Assembly: GCF_018977255.1 (NCBI RefSeq)
Contig: NW_024704743.1
Coordinates: 51,400,001-51,464,000, forward strand
DNA length: 64,000 nt
DNA from: Callorhinchus milii
Lineage: Eukaryota
Direction of reading: 5' to 3'
Shown here: positions 11,862-24,780 of the stretch, in pieces
Position numbering within the stretch: position 1 is the stretch's first letter
Layout of the letters: the number at the start of each line of letters is the position of its first letter
Notes under the pieces: generated by a model
The model's input: the letters and a program-made list of their open reading frames with translations, nothing else
Database searches by the model: none
What the model was told of the DNA's origin: nothing
Program-made: the position numbers and the translations under genes

Positions 11862-12429
11862 AAGATTGGCCATTGAAGTTGGTGAGAATGGTTGCTGACT
11901 TCTTCTGCTTACTTGCTGTGCAGGAAATAACATCAACCACACTTTCTTCACCTTTTTCTATTGTACAGGTATATATGCACATTGTATAGGGAATGACATT
12001 TTGGCTTTGTGCCTCCATTATAACATGATGTTTGGGTTTATAAATCCAAAACAGAAAATTTTAATTCTCTTGTATATAGTATCACAACCAGTATAATGTA
12101 ACAGGAGAAAAGATTTCCTTTTCATGAGCAGAAAAACTCAGAATCGTAAGTGTATAATTGAATCTAAGAGACACAAAAGCCCATTGGTTATTTGTCGGAA
12201 ACTTTATTTGACCGATTTCTGTGACAAGCAGGAATCAGAACACTGCAGATAATCACCTGAAGAGAACAGATACATTCAGGTAATATATATGCCTTGATAT
12301 TGACAGTTTTCCCAACAAGTGCTAAAAATTGAGCGCAATAGGCTATTTTTCATGGTAGCATGAATTATTTGGCCAAAACTCCTCAATGAAGAAGGAGTTA
12401 ATTTAATGATTACCATATTAGCCAGAACT

Positions 12430-12882
12430 GTTTCCCTTCCCGCACCATGCTCTATGAGCCCATCACTCCCATTCGCACCAAGATCCATTGGTTCTCTATT
12501 CCCCAGTGGATTGATGTTTTAAGATCCTTACTTTTTAATGCTTCTATGTCTCCACCACCCCACCCAGCTCTGTTGTCTTGTGCAGTACCTCTTGTCTGCT
12601 CTGCTAACTCAGGCATGCTTCACCCCACCCCCACTCCCCTCTGATGGGTGAGCTTTCATCCATTTTGCCCTCACATTCTGCTACCTTATCCCTAAATGTC
12701 TCCACTTCATATTCTTACTTTCTACTTCCAAAGACCTTCCAAAAATCTCTCTCTTTGATTGTATCTGCTGTCACCCCCCCGCCTTCCCCCTATCTTCCAT
12801 TCTGCTTGGACTCTGTTTTTGTGGAGGATTTTGAGACATTTTCCCACACATAATGGTACTGCATGGGTGCAAGTTGTTGTTG
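12430..12882 (+). mobile_element. Old L2 3' fragment
   Basis: EPITPIRTKIHWFSIPQWID (L2 ITP.L..LHWLP...RI.FK motif); ends gtgcaag(TTG)n. Confidence 0.8.
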
Positions 12883-15800
12883 ATAGTCCTGGAAAGTTAT
12901 CCTAGAATGGAGCACTCTCTCATGGGAAAGGGTGAGGATAATGTAACAAAATACCCTATTTTGCAATCAATAAGAATGCAACCTGGCACTGTTTACGGAT
13001 AAATAACAGCAGCTGGAACCTCCTGTAATTCAATTCTCCACAAATAGAAATTTGTAGTTCAGCAGAGTTTAGTGAATCACATGGGAATATAATACCGGGA
13101 AGCAAATCTTCATTGGAATGCTCGATAATGTTATTCAGCAAACAAATCACAACTACGAAAGATCTTCCCAGTGCCACAGTTTGTGACGACTCTGCAGTCG
13201 TAACATAAATTCTGAAAGAACAGTTTGCAAGAACAATACTGTAAATAAGCAACATTATACACCGTAATGGATTGCTAAAAGGTTTTTAAAATGGGACATT
13301 TCATGGAAAATTTCCCTTTAAAATGCTTGTCAAATCCAAACCTTCTGTTTGTCCTAATTTCCAAAAACAGGGAGAAAATATGGCAGTCACTAGATGCAGA
13401 TGCTACTGTAAAAAACATCACAAATATCACAAATTTGCTTAAAGTCAACAGCCGTGTAAGAATATTTTGATTGTTTTTTTTAAGCAGGTAGCTTTCCATT
13501 GTCATTTGGAACCATTTTTTAAAAAAATGATCATTGTATCTTTAATTTCCAGCTCCTGGTTTGCAGCCCAAACAGAGTACTGAACTTGTGTACATCTTAA
13601 TTTTTATCGACAGTTCTATTTATTCCACATCTCACCTCAGCTTTTAATTTGGTCTGAGTCCTCTAATTAATTTAAGACAACTTGAACAAAAGATAGTCTC
13701 ATTATATTGGAAGCATGCTCTGAGGAAACTTTCACAGTTTGCTGTTATAAACTAAGGATGGATACAGTGAGGGATGACAGATTACTTCATATACCATGCA
13801 AGCAAGTCCAGACAATAGCTTAAGCCATGACTGATTGCTTTGCCGTAGCCCACTTTATGTTAAACGCATTCTCGCTGTTCAATTTCACAACTGTAATTTT
13901 GCTCCTCTGCATCATTCAGTCCTCAGTGGAATAACAGGGTTCCTTTGGTAATGATTTCTTTTCTATTGTATTGTTTTCTGCATAATCAGGTTGGTAAGGG
14001 TTTGGGTGACACAGCCATCTGTCAAGTTCATTTGCTCTGTAAGATGCAAGAAATAAAAACTGCACAACTTGAGGCTATCTATTTCCACTAGCACCGTAAA
14101 CAAAGCTTCGCCTTCTATCATCTGTTCATCTCTCGAAAATGAATTATTGCTTTTTTAATATAGTATTTTTTGTCCTTCTACAGGAGGTTTCTTTTTTAAT
14201 CAGGACCCTTCCTGGTGTCATGGTGTATTTAATACAAGTTTCTCTGACGAAGCACAGTGATCGGCAGATGATACACCACTGGCACTGATCGTATCAGTGA
14301 GCAGTACCGTGTTCCACTAACAAGGCCGAAGAGTTGACATTCATGTGATTTGCAGCAGTATTTCCTTTCTAATTCAAGTGTAGCTCCATTTCCGCATTGG
14401 ATGAATTTACACATTATCAGTGCCTAATACACTTGCTGGCTACTCTCATTTCCTGGATAAAAAAAATTGAGTCATATTTGCTCAGTCTCACGACTGAACA
14501 TCTCAGTTTATTAAAGTTTATTGGCCATGTACACACTTCAGGATTTAGGTGCAATCACTTCTTTAGCTGGAACATTGAATTAAGATGCTGCGTTTCACTG
14601 TGGGTCCTGAAGACTCCAGCTGAGCTACAGGTAGCAAAAGTCTCCTCCAATTAGACAAAATCATCACTCACAGTCAATAACTGTGCTAAAGGCTGCTTTC
14701 AAATCTGCGAGGGATTCACATTTAATGTACTGATTTGGGTTGTCTGAGCCAACTTCACTGTGTACTGAAACCAAAGCAATTTAGTTCTTGCCTACGGCCT
14801 TTTGGCAGTTCGTCTAGTGCTGAGTGCTGTAAGAACTGTGATACAATTTAATCTCAGACATCTGTGCTCAGGCAGGGCCTGTTCCTTAACAGACAGAGCA
14901 AGTGAGGTCTGGGGAAAAGCAGAACGTGAAGAAATAGTCCTTATCACTTTCTGGCAAATAGAGCCCTAAATAGAAAGATGACACATATACGGCAATTGGA
15001 TCTCCTATACATGTACGGCTCAGTGTAGCTGTGATGCATTTTTGGATCTGGGTTACTAGCAGCAGCACAAACATAATAAAGTACAAGGAGCACAAACCAG
15101 AAGGGCAGAACAGATAAGAATTAGATATCAAATCCAGTTCCTGTAACCCATTCTATACATGCACAACAAACACATCCCTGGCTCACACTATAAACTGACT
15201 GGAAATTGAGCTGCCCAATATTCTGCTCTTAAGACTCAATTCTAATCGAACTGGGATGAATTCCAAGAAGCTAACCTTAAAATGAGGTGGCTTGGTCACC
15301 TTACTGTGTGATACCATTGTACATAGATTGGCGTGCACCAAAGTCATTTGGCATCCAAGCCATTTTACTGGAATAAGCACAAATATGGATGGAGGCATTT
15401 TATTCAGATGTATATATATAGTACACAGGTAAATGTAACATAAGAATTATGGTACAAACATTTTATCAGCCAAGTCCCCATTCTGTACCTAAGTAAGGTC
15501 TGATACTTTGCATCATAATTCTTTTAACAAGTAAGTCTGGTCACATAAACACCCTTTTGTTCAACCCAGCAGATTGCATTTAAATACAACTCTAGACAGA
15601 GATAGAGATATGAACTATGTCTGAACAAAATCATAATATTCACAGTGTCTGGAGGGACAAATGCCTCTAGCATATCATTAACCTATAATTAACTGCACTG
15701 CCATTTTCCTTCTTTCAAAAACAAATGGGAAGTTTTACCGATTGCACTTTTAGTGAATAAAAAGCACATGAAAGAGAAACTGCTCAATATATGTGTCACC

Positions 15801-16369
15801 ATATCTGTTTTCAAAGTTCGAACAGCACATTAGTTACCAGCAGAAAAATCCTCGTGAAACATAACTGCACCTCAGTCAGAACTTGTTGCAGCACAGAAAG
15901 CCTTTCAGCAAATGCAATGTGTCAGTCGACAATGAAACACATTTGTAAAATCTGAGTTAAGCATTATATCCTGAGGCTTGCTGCTACTTTGATTACTCTA
16001 AGCAGATACAATTCGGAAACTTCAGTCCTATGTCTTAATCATTATAATTGTACAATAGTGATTGGTATTGACAGTCATGCTACTTGCTGTGTTCATCTCT
16101 CTACCCCTTTAAACACAGGTTCTCAGCAATTTCCCGATACCCTTTGGGTGGAAGAGTATGCTCACAAAGTCTTGTGAAGGTGCTAATTTGTGTTTTATTT
16201 GTGTACACTTCTATTTTCTTCTATATTATTTTTTGTAATTTTTGAAGCAAAAATTACAATGCTTTTGCAATTCTAACTTGCATTCATTCAAATTCATTTT
16301 GCATAATTCTTAGTTGAGTTAGAGGAGACACGGTCTTTGAAGACACTTGGTAGCAATAATATCAGGAAA

Positions 16370-16535
16370 GCACAGAGCTGTGGAAATTTACTAGGGAGGA
16401 GACAGGTTAGATAGTTTTCTTTTAGGAAATAACATTATGGGATATAGTGCACAGGTAGTTTGGGAAATATGTGCATGCGACTGCTGGGAAGGTGGAAGGT
16501 GAACTACGTGGTCTTTTTCATCTAGCATTTCTTAT
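16370..16535 (+). mobile_element. Very old CR1 3' end
   Basis: cacagagctgtgga...ttagatag...gggatatag...tggtctttttc...tttcttatg follows the CR1 3' terminus pattern. Confidence 0.5.
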
Positions 16536-16930
16536 GAGAGATGGTGGAGGAAGACAGAATGGTCAACAGTGTTGAAGGTAATGAAAAGGTTAAGAAGAAT
16601 AAGGAAGAACAGGGAGCCCTGGTCACAGAGAGAGAGCATCTCTTTTGTGACATCGGCCAGGGCTGTGGTGGGGTGGAAGATTGATTGGAAGGAGTGGTGG
16701 AAGAGGTGAGAGTAAAGCTGGAAAAGGCAGGTTGGAGGTGTTTTTATTGAGAGGGGGAGTAATGATGGCCATTTTGAAAGTGATGGGTTTACAGCGGTAG
16801 AGGAAAGGGACAAGTTGATAATGTTGATTAATAGTGGGGGGTTAGACATGGCAGTTGAGTGGATAGGACCTGTGAAGGCATGAGGGAAAAAGGACCGGTG
16901 GTGGGTTTCATGTGAGAGATAAGGGATGAG
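16536..16930 (-). mobile_element. Old L2 RT fragment
   Basis: TTALADVTKEML..CDQGSLFFLILLNLFITFNTVDHSVFLHHLS is homologous to CDQGSFCLLVLLDLSTAFDTADHSILLHRLS at 24345-24623. Confidence 0.85.
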
Positions 16931-16985
16931 AGAGAGCTAAAATAATAATAATGATCTTTGCGTTTGAAATAGACCCTTTCAAGTC

Positions 16986-17292
16986 GTGGAGTTCTGTAGC
17001 ATATTGGTTGGAGTGCTCGAAATATTGAGCACGTTTCTTTACTCCACGCACCTCTGTTTACCTAGCAGTAAGTAGGAACCCGGTTGTTAGTCGATTGGCA
17101 GACTGCTTTTCCAGGGGTATTAATCGTTCCAAAATAAATAAATATGTACATTTGTGGGACAATTGGCTGCCGCGTTTCACTCACAAAATGTACAGTCAAT
17201 TCACTTTACAGTATATTCTGTGAAACGCTTTGAGATGTTTCGAAGACGTGATAAGGCGCTACATCAAACACAAAGATTATTATTATTATTAT
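16986..17292 (+). mobile_element. tRNA-derived SINE family A (head partly deleted), TSD AAGTC
   Basis: Starts gtggagttctgtagc, body ctctgtttacctagcagtaagtaggaacccgg, ends (TTA)n; aagtc at 16981-16985 and 17293-17297. Confidence 0.9.
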
Positions 17293-17956
17293 AAGTCAGG
17301 AGGACATGTCAAAGCGCTTCTGAGGTGGAGTAACATGTAAAAGGAAGTGGGGGTTGGGGGGGGTGGCAGGAGATAAACAAGCTAAAGAGCATATCCTTCT
17401 ACAGCCCACACCAAGGCTAACCTATCATGGATAACATGGATAATACCCACTCACTTTGTCGCCTGGAAGAAAGTTCACCATAGGTATTCCTGATCTTCAA
17501 AGATAATCTAAGCAAAATTCCAGCCTTTTTAGCCAAACCAACAACTCTAATATTCAACCTTGGTCTCCTTCACTTCATAGACAACATCCGCCCATCAAAC
17601 ACCTCTTTCAAAGGCAAAGAAACCATTCTGTTCGTCTAAAGTAGCTGTTTGTTTTACTTTTCCATCCCTATGTCATTCAATACTTCCCCAAACAGATATT
17701 AATTTAGTTCTTTTTTTAAGGTGTTGATCAGTGCAAGATTTACTGCAGTTATTGACTGCTTTCACCTATCAACTGCTCTGCAGGGAAAATATCTTTTGTT
17801 TGCTATTCTAACTTTAGATGTTAAATCTAACTTCTGTGCTCATAGTCTAAATTATATAATTTACCTCCATGCATTAGCTGCACCTTTCAGTATTGAAATG
17901 ACCTAGATGACAATCTACTTTTATCTTCTTTTGGCCAATAAAACCATTATTCTGTT

Positions 17957-18090
17957 CAACAACAACAACAACAACAAGATTCCATTTATAAAGCGCCTTT
18001 CACGTCAGGAGGACGTCCCAAGGCGCTGGAACGTTCAGCGCCTTGGGACGTCTTCCCGATGTGAAAGGCATTTTACAAATGTAATTTTGT
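17957..18090. repeat. Head-to-head palindrome of two L2 3' ends
   Basis: (AAC)n...cctttcacgtcaggaggacgtcccaaggcgctggaac|gttcagcgccttgggacgtcttcccgatgtgaaagg...aaatgtaattttgt. Confidence 0.9.
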
Positions 18091-19649
18091 ACCTTTGTAT
18101 TGTACTATGCAACTAGGTGAGTCTCGCTTCATAATTTAGAACCTCAAATCCCCAAATTATCCTTCTTGCTCTTTTCTGAACTAGTTTCAATGACCTTTTG
18201 CAGGTACCCTAAACTGCATACAGTTTAGCCTCACAAGTTACAATAATTTAATTCAACCTATGATCAAATGGCCTTGTTTCGGTTTGGTAATGACAGTATG
18301 ATTCTTAATGATTTGTTTTACTAGGAATCCTTCACTCTAATAGATACATCAGGTAAGAAACTTCTCAGTTCCTTAAGGAACACTGCAGGGGCGCTCACCA
18401 AAATGTAATCAAAATCATCATATTATTTCTAAGCTAACTATTGTGGAAGACTTTCTAAATACTGTATACACACTGTGTAACCTTTCCTTAAAGATAATTT
18501 ACACTTGACACATTTCTTTGTTTCATTACTGTCCCCATCATTTTTTTTTGTTGACCCTTTCCTTCCCAAAGGGAATATTTTCCAAAGAGAACAGGCAGCT
18601 TATTCCCATTCCTCCTCCCCCTCCCTCAAGGTATTCCCAGGTATCTCCTGCTACAGCTCAGCAGTCCTCTACCAGTAATGGGTTGGGGTGACCCTTGGGA
18701 TGACATACCTTCCAATTTGTCTTTGTTCCCTCAGAAGTACTGAGCCTGAATTTTGTGCCTTCCTGGCTATGATTGACAGCTTGTGAAGTGAATAATCGGC
18801 AGTATAAACCCACGTCTGACCAATCTGCAGCATAAGACGTTAGTGCAATTGTGTATGATGTTACCAGATATCTAGACACCACAGCATTCATTTTATATCT
18901 TTTATCACTTTGCTACCTGGTAAATCAAGCAACCTCAGCAATATGTCAGACATCAATGTTTGATTGTAATAAGGAACTGATTATGTGGTATACCTTTCCC
19001 TATTATTCTGAATAAAAAGGACTCTTCTCATCAATGAACCCACTGATGCTGCTTGAGAGTTGTTGACTAATCTTGCTGACTCTAGTGTTCAAATATATCA
19101 CTCCAAAGATGATGGCCTCAGGCAACTGGTAGATCCAAGGATCTTCTATTCACTATTCTCCTTGAACAGTATCAGCTGCAGTTGCCGATATTCCACAGAG
19201 ACCTGAATGACTTAAAATATATTATAGTTAAATGTGATAATATTTCTATTATTCAAGTGTAGGCATGGCTGTAACTTACTGACATTCCTGGAACAAGGGT
19301 CTGTTGCCAAAGGTCCAAGGCATCCCAGGAGAAACAATAAACTTTTACTTCAACTAGATGTCTCCAGCATGATTTCTAGTTTGGGTTCTACTGATATCCA
19401 GGAGCAATACCTTAGTCACTTTTTAAGGAAAGCAAACTGTTCGCGGGGTGGAAAAAAATCCTTTAATATGAAAACGATGAAAAATGACACACAAAATCGA
19501 GAGGTTCACAGGATCTCATGAGGTGTGGTGGTGGTTCTTCTATTTATTTGCTGTTTAATTGGAGTATTGTTTCTTTTGATGTTGCTGCATCTTTTGGGTT
19601 CAGTATACAGGTTATGCAGCAATGTGTTTCCATATACTATATGTTAATA

Positions 19650-20005
19650 GGGGCTTAGTTGACAGCACTTTTCCTCTGAGTCAGATGTTTGTGAGTTCAA
19701 GCCTCAAATCAGGACTTTGAGCATATAGTTTATGTTGACACTCCAATACAGGTGGAGATAAAAGATTCCATAACACTACTCAAAAAGAGAAGGGAGTTTC
19801 TCTTGGAGTTTTGGCCAACAAGTCTCCAGATAAAATTGATTATTTAATTCATAGATGTTTGTGGGACATTGCTGTGTACAAATTGGCTGCCGAGTTTGCT
19901 ACAAATACACAGTCACTGCACTTTGCAGTAAATCCTATGAAGCACTTTGAGACATTTGATGATGTAATAGGGTGCTGTATCAAATTTAAGGATTATTATT
20001 ACTTT
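19650..20005 (+). mobile_element. Deu-domain SINE
   Basis: ggcttagttgacagcac...ctctgagtcag...gagttcaagcc head, aaagattccat...gggagtttc...ttggccaac core, tail ending ggattattatt. Confidence 0.85.
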
Positions 20006-20979
20006 TATTTGTAGGTTGATCCTTTCTGGTTGATCTTTATAGGATGTGACTGATTCTAGTAGCTTCAGTTCTGATTTTTAGTTTTTCTGAATAAACAGAT
20101 TACATTTTTCTGTTTCACACTCCACCTGTTAATACCTGTTTATGTTCGATGGGTCCTGATGTTCATTGTTGTGCTGATTTGTTCCTTTAAAAATATTCTA
20201 GAAATAGCATGACTTTCAGGCCGATATTACTTGTATTGTTGAGTTGGTGACATGTTTGTATGATTTATGGCTCTGGCTGGGAATAATCTAATTGAATTAA
20301 AATAGTTTAGAAAAGTATTATGTTATTTCTAAAATAGAGCGAAGAACTTCATTTCTTCCATTGTCTTTATCAAGGTCAATATATTGAGGCATTCAATATT
20401 TACCACATCAAATGTGCCCCCCCCCAATTTCCTTAATGGTGACGTGTGAAGCTGGGTGCACAGAACTGGACTTTGACTGCTGGCTAGTAGAATACCAGGT
20501 TTCCACTGAAAAACAATACTTGGATCTTCTGCCAACCCATAGTCGATGGCTGTGGTCCACGAGTCGGAGTGTTCAAGGGTGTGGGCTTGGCTTCTTGGAC
20601 ATTACTATTGAAAATGGTGTTCGGCAGTGGGAAAGGGGAAAGATGTTATGCCTCCAGTACATTCAACACAATAAATATCTCATGTACTGTTAAATTGGCA
20701 CCCACTGGAGTAGCATTATGAAATGACAAAGCACAGAAACAGGCATTCAGAGCTGGGTTGGTATTTTTTAAAATATGAGACATCTAATCACTTGCTCTCT
20801 TCTCATGTCCTTTATTACTCAGATTTTCCCAAGCATCTAATAACTTTATGGACTCAACTTCAACTACCAAATGTGGAGGACACTTTCTAATTACTCTCTG
20901 TATAAACATAGGACACTCACTTTTCTTCAAGCAGTGGTTGGTCAAAATGCAAAGGATTTATTATGCTTTAATTACTAAA

Positions 20980-21300
20980 TTAAATAATAATAGTATTACT
21001 TTCACATCGGGCATTACAGTGCCTTTCACATCGGGAAGATATCTCAAAGCTCTTCACAGCAATTACTGTAATGTGGAGTGACTGTGTACCTTGTAAGTGA
21101 ACATGGCAGCCAATTTGTGCACAGCAATGTCCCACAAACAGCCAGTGAATGAAGTGAATGACAAATTTTATCTGGGAGATTGTTGGCCAGGACACCTGGA
21201 GAAACTCCCTTGTCTTTTAAATAGTGCCGTGAGATCTTTAACATCCACCTGAACAGGTAGACGGGATCTTGGTTTAACATCATCCGAAGGACGCAATGTA
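20980..21300 (-). mobile_element. Deu-domain SINE (5'-truncated)
   Basis: ttggccaggacacctggagaaactccc...agtgccgtgagatctttaacatccacctgaacagg...ggtttaacatcatccgaaggac. Confidence 0.9.
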
Positions 21301-22276
21301 GTGATTATCTTAATATTAAACTGAGCTATTATGCTCCATTTGCTTAGCGTGGCAGATTTTCACCCTGCATTTATAAATAACTGATTACATTTTAAATGAC
21401 AAATAAAATGGAATTATAAATAAATAAACATCATGTTTCATCACATTTAGTTATAAACACAAACAAGTAAATTCTCTAAAACTTATCTGGACACCAACCT
21501 CTCCTCAGCCCAAAAATATTGACCTCAAGTTATAGTTTATTGGCAAACTGGGGAATGTTGGACAATTTTATTCATAATATAAGTTGGAGTAAACTAGTTG
21601 TGTCCTATTGCTGAGGTATAAGGAATTCTGATGCAATTGTATTAGCACATAGGCTAGCTCCAATGAAGTCTTACCCAATGCTATCACCTTACAGGCTTCC
21701 CTAACGTTACTAACTTGACATTTCCACTAAAGCTTAGCTGAGAAATTATATGATCAATCCATGGCGGGGGAGTGGGAGGGAGAGGGGAGGGCGGGGATTG
21801 ATTTTTGACTGACCTGTTGACTCAATGTATAAACAATGTTATGATTTTCACTGATGACAATTAATGCATCATAGTTACAATATCCCACCCTGTGATTCTT
21901 TGAGAGCCTTACTTCTCAACCACTCATTGAAACAGATGGGAAGCAGATGCACTCTGCTGATTCCAGGCCAGGGGATCCTCTCAGAACATGTATACATGCC
22001 ACCACTAAGTGCCACATAGTTAGTATATAAAGGCACTGATCTGGATGTGTCTTTCAGCCATTCTGGTCAGATTTTGCATTGCTTCCAGCTAATTGTTGTT
22101 CCAGCTAAATCTCATGAAGAGAACAGGTTTTAAAGAATGATAACAAACAAAATGCATATAAAACACAGTGAACTGCAAATGCAAGTGCTGGAGCCAATAT
22201 TAATTTGATATGAGAAGAGAGACTAACGGATATATTGGGTAATTTGGAATGTATACAAACAAACAGATGACAAATA

Positions 22277-22763
22277 CAGTCAAACCTGTTTTCAGCAACT
22301 ACTCAGGGCACTGGATCAAAGTGGCTTTTATGTAAGGATGGCCTCTGAGTAACGGTTTGTTGGTTCATTGACTGGGCCCAAATTTTTTACTAAAAAAATT
22401 CCACAGGCTAAAAATTTCCATAAGCCCACATGTAGACTCCTGCTAGACCCTAAACACTTACCAACAGCTTCACCGGTGAAGGGGCTAGATATGGGCATCA
22501 CATCTAGACACTAGACATTACAGTCTAGACATAGAGCCTGGGTAATTACTAATGTATTTCCAGTCAGTCCACTTAAATTTATTTAGAACTGGCCTCTGAA
22601 AAGGGTGTCTGTACCCTGACAGGGCTAAAAAGGAATGGCCACTGGTTGCGTTGTCAGGTGGTTGCTTGTGGTTTATTATGGAAAATCGGTTGAGACTGCT
22701 CCAAGGTGGTTGTTGACAGCAGATGGTGCTAAATAAAGGTGGTTGCTTTAACAGGTTTGACTG
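22277..22763. mobile_element. Tc1/mariner-superfamily (pogo/Tigger-like) MITE
   Basis: Perfect 14-bp TIR CAGTCAAACCTGTT (22277-22290) / AACAGGTTTGACTG (22750-22763), TA on both sides, no ORF. Confidence 0.85.
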
Positions 22764-23779
22764 TATATTGACTACACCTGTTATGCTGAGTCTGCAATAA
22801 GATTAGCATGTTGTGTCTCTGTTTATTAACAAAAGCAAAGTGTTTTAAGCCTGATTAAGACGCACCATATAGGCCCCCAGCTATGCAACCAGCTGTGTTG
22901 TGATCAGCGGTAGTGTGCTCTATTCATTAGAATTAATCTGCTACATTTATGGCAATGATTGTCACTTATGTTCTGCCAGTGAAATGATTAATGACTCGGA
23001 AAAGCAGCACAGTGCCCTGAACGATGGCTGCAGGGACTGTCACATTGCATAGAAAAAGCCCCCAAAACAAAAGTGTCTGAACAAGAAGCTAGCGACCTAC
23101 CAAATTGCTGAAAGCTATAATTTAGTTAAGCTCTGTGCTTTAGTTTTCACATTTTGCGTGGTGCAATGGTAGCCTCCAGAGCTAGAATCATTCCTGTTTT
23201 GTAAATACGTGTGTCTGAGGTGTTCCCAGCAGCATTGAGGTTCAGTCCTCAGACTGTGTATTGGAACAAAGCGAAACTTCACTAACTGCAGCTATAACTT
23301 GACACATGACACAAGGTTCAGGTGTTAATTTCAATGTAACTACTGGGAAAATTCAACAACAAAACAACACAACAATAACAACAAAATTACATTTATAGAG
23401 CTCCTTTCACGTCGGGAAGACGTCCCAAGGCACTGGACAGTCAGGGATCAGGACCCGAGCATGGGGGAGGGGTGGTGTAGGGGGGAGGAAAGTCAGAGAG
23501 GTGGGAGGGCGACTGAAGGCACGATCGAAGAGGAGGGTCTTGAGACCGGACTTGAAGGAGGCAACGAAGGAAGCGAGGTGAAGGGACTGTGGGATGGAGT
23601 TCCAGAGTGTGGGGGCAGAGAGGCTGAAAGCCTGAAAGTAGGGCGTCTCGGGCGGGAGACATGGAGCAAGCCAGAGCCCGCTGAACAGAGGAAGCGGGCA
23701 GGTTGGTAGGGAGTCAGCAGGTCAGAGAGGTAGGAGGGGCAAGGCCATGGATGGCCTTGAAAGTGAGGATGAGGATCTT

Positions 23780-24780
23780 CAATTCGATCCTCTGAGGGAT
23801 GGGGAGCCAGTGGAGTGGGGCGAGGGTGGGAGTGATGGAGTCACGGAGCCTGATGTGCGAAAGTACACGAGCTGCAGAGTTTTGGATGATCTGCAGCTTG
23901 TGAAGGGAAGAGTTGGGAATGCCGATGAGGAGGGAATTTCCATAATCGAGCCTTGATGTGACAAATGTGTGGGTGAGGGTTTCAGCAGCCTGAGGGGTGA
24001 GGCAGTGGCGGAGTCTGGCAATGTTGCGGAGGTGGTGTAGGCAGTGCTGGTCACGTGGGGGAGAAAGGACAGTTCAGGGTCAAACAAAACACCCAGTTTC
24101 CTGACTGGCTTAATGAGGTTGAGTGTGCAGTTGTGGAGACTGACATTGCCAGCGCCTGAAGTGAGGAGGCGCTGGTGCGAGCCAATCAGAAGGGCCTCAG
24201 TCTTGCTGACGTTCAGTTGGAGAAAGTTATCCCTCGTCCACGAATTGATGTCGGACAGGCAGTCGGTCAAGACGCCAGTAGTCTTGGAGTTGAGGGTTGA
24301 GGCAGAGAGATAGAGTTGAGTATCATCCACATATATGTGGAAATTTACCCCATGTCTGCGGATGATGCCACCAAGGGAGAGCATGTAGAGGGTGAAGAGG
24401 AGGGGACCGAGGACAGAGCCCTGAGAAATGCCATACGAGACGGTGCGGGGGCTGGAGTAGAAGCCGTTTGCAGAGATGAACTGAATAGGTCAAGGACAGA
24501 ACCTTGGAGGTTTAGGTGGGAGGAGAGGCGGTGGAGGAGGATTGAGTGATCCGCAGTATCAAAAGCAGTGGAGAGATCGAGGAGGACGAGGAGGCAGAAG
24601 GAGCCCTGGTCACACATGGTCAAGGTATAATTTGTAACCTTGACCAGAGCAGTTTCCGTGCTGTGGAGGAGAGGAAAGAGTGAAGCTGGGAGGCAACGGC
24701 TCTCTCAAGGACCTTAGACAGAAAAGGGAGGTGGAAGATGGGCCGGTAGCTAGATAGCTGTGATTGGTCAAGGGAAGGTT
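23780..24780 (-). pseudogene. L2 reverse transcriptase domain, frameshifted
   Basis: LLVLLDLSTAFDT.DHSILLHRL (ORF 24345-24623); [28 protein letters not shown] (ORF 23779-24384), in different frames. Confidence 0.92.

Noticed and set aside
12956..13255. 99-aa minus ORF behind an acceptor-like ctgttctttcag
   Set aside because: No recognisable protein similarity, other frames stop early, and no convincing donor or partner exons
14165..14290. Strong acceptor-like ttttttgtccttctacag
   Set aside because: All three frames stop within about 105 nt with no clear donor
14790..14880. gcctacggcc resembling a 5S rRNA start
   Set aside because: Similarity does not continue and there is no internal control region
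18381..18396. CTCF-like ctgcaggggcgct
   Set aside because: One G short of the core spacing
18600..18760. Weak inverted similarity to 36940-37060
   Set aside because: Too patchy to call a repeat family by eye
20412..20693. 93-aa ORF in GC-richer sequence
   Set aside because: No known motif or splice context; length within chance expectation
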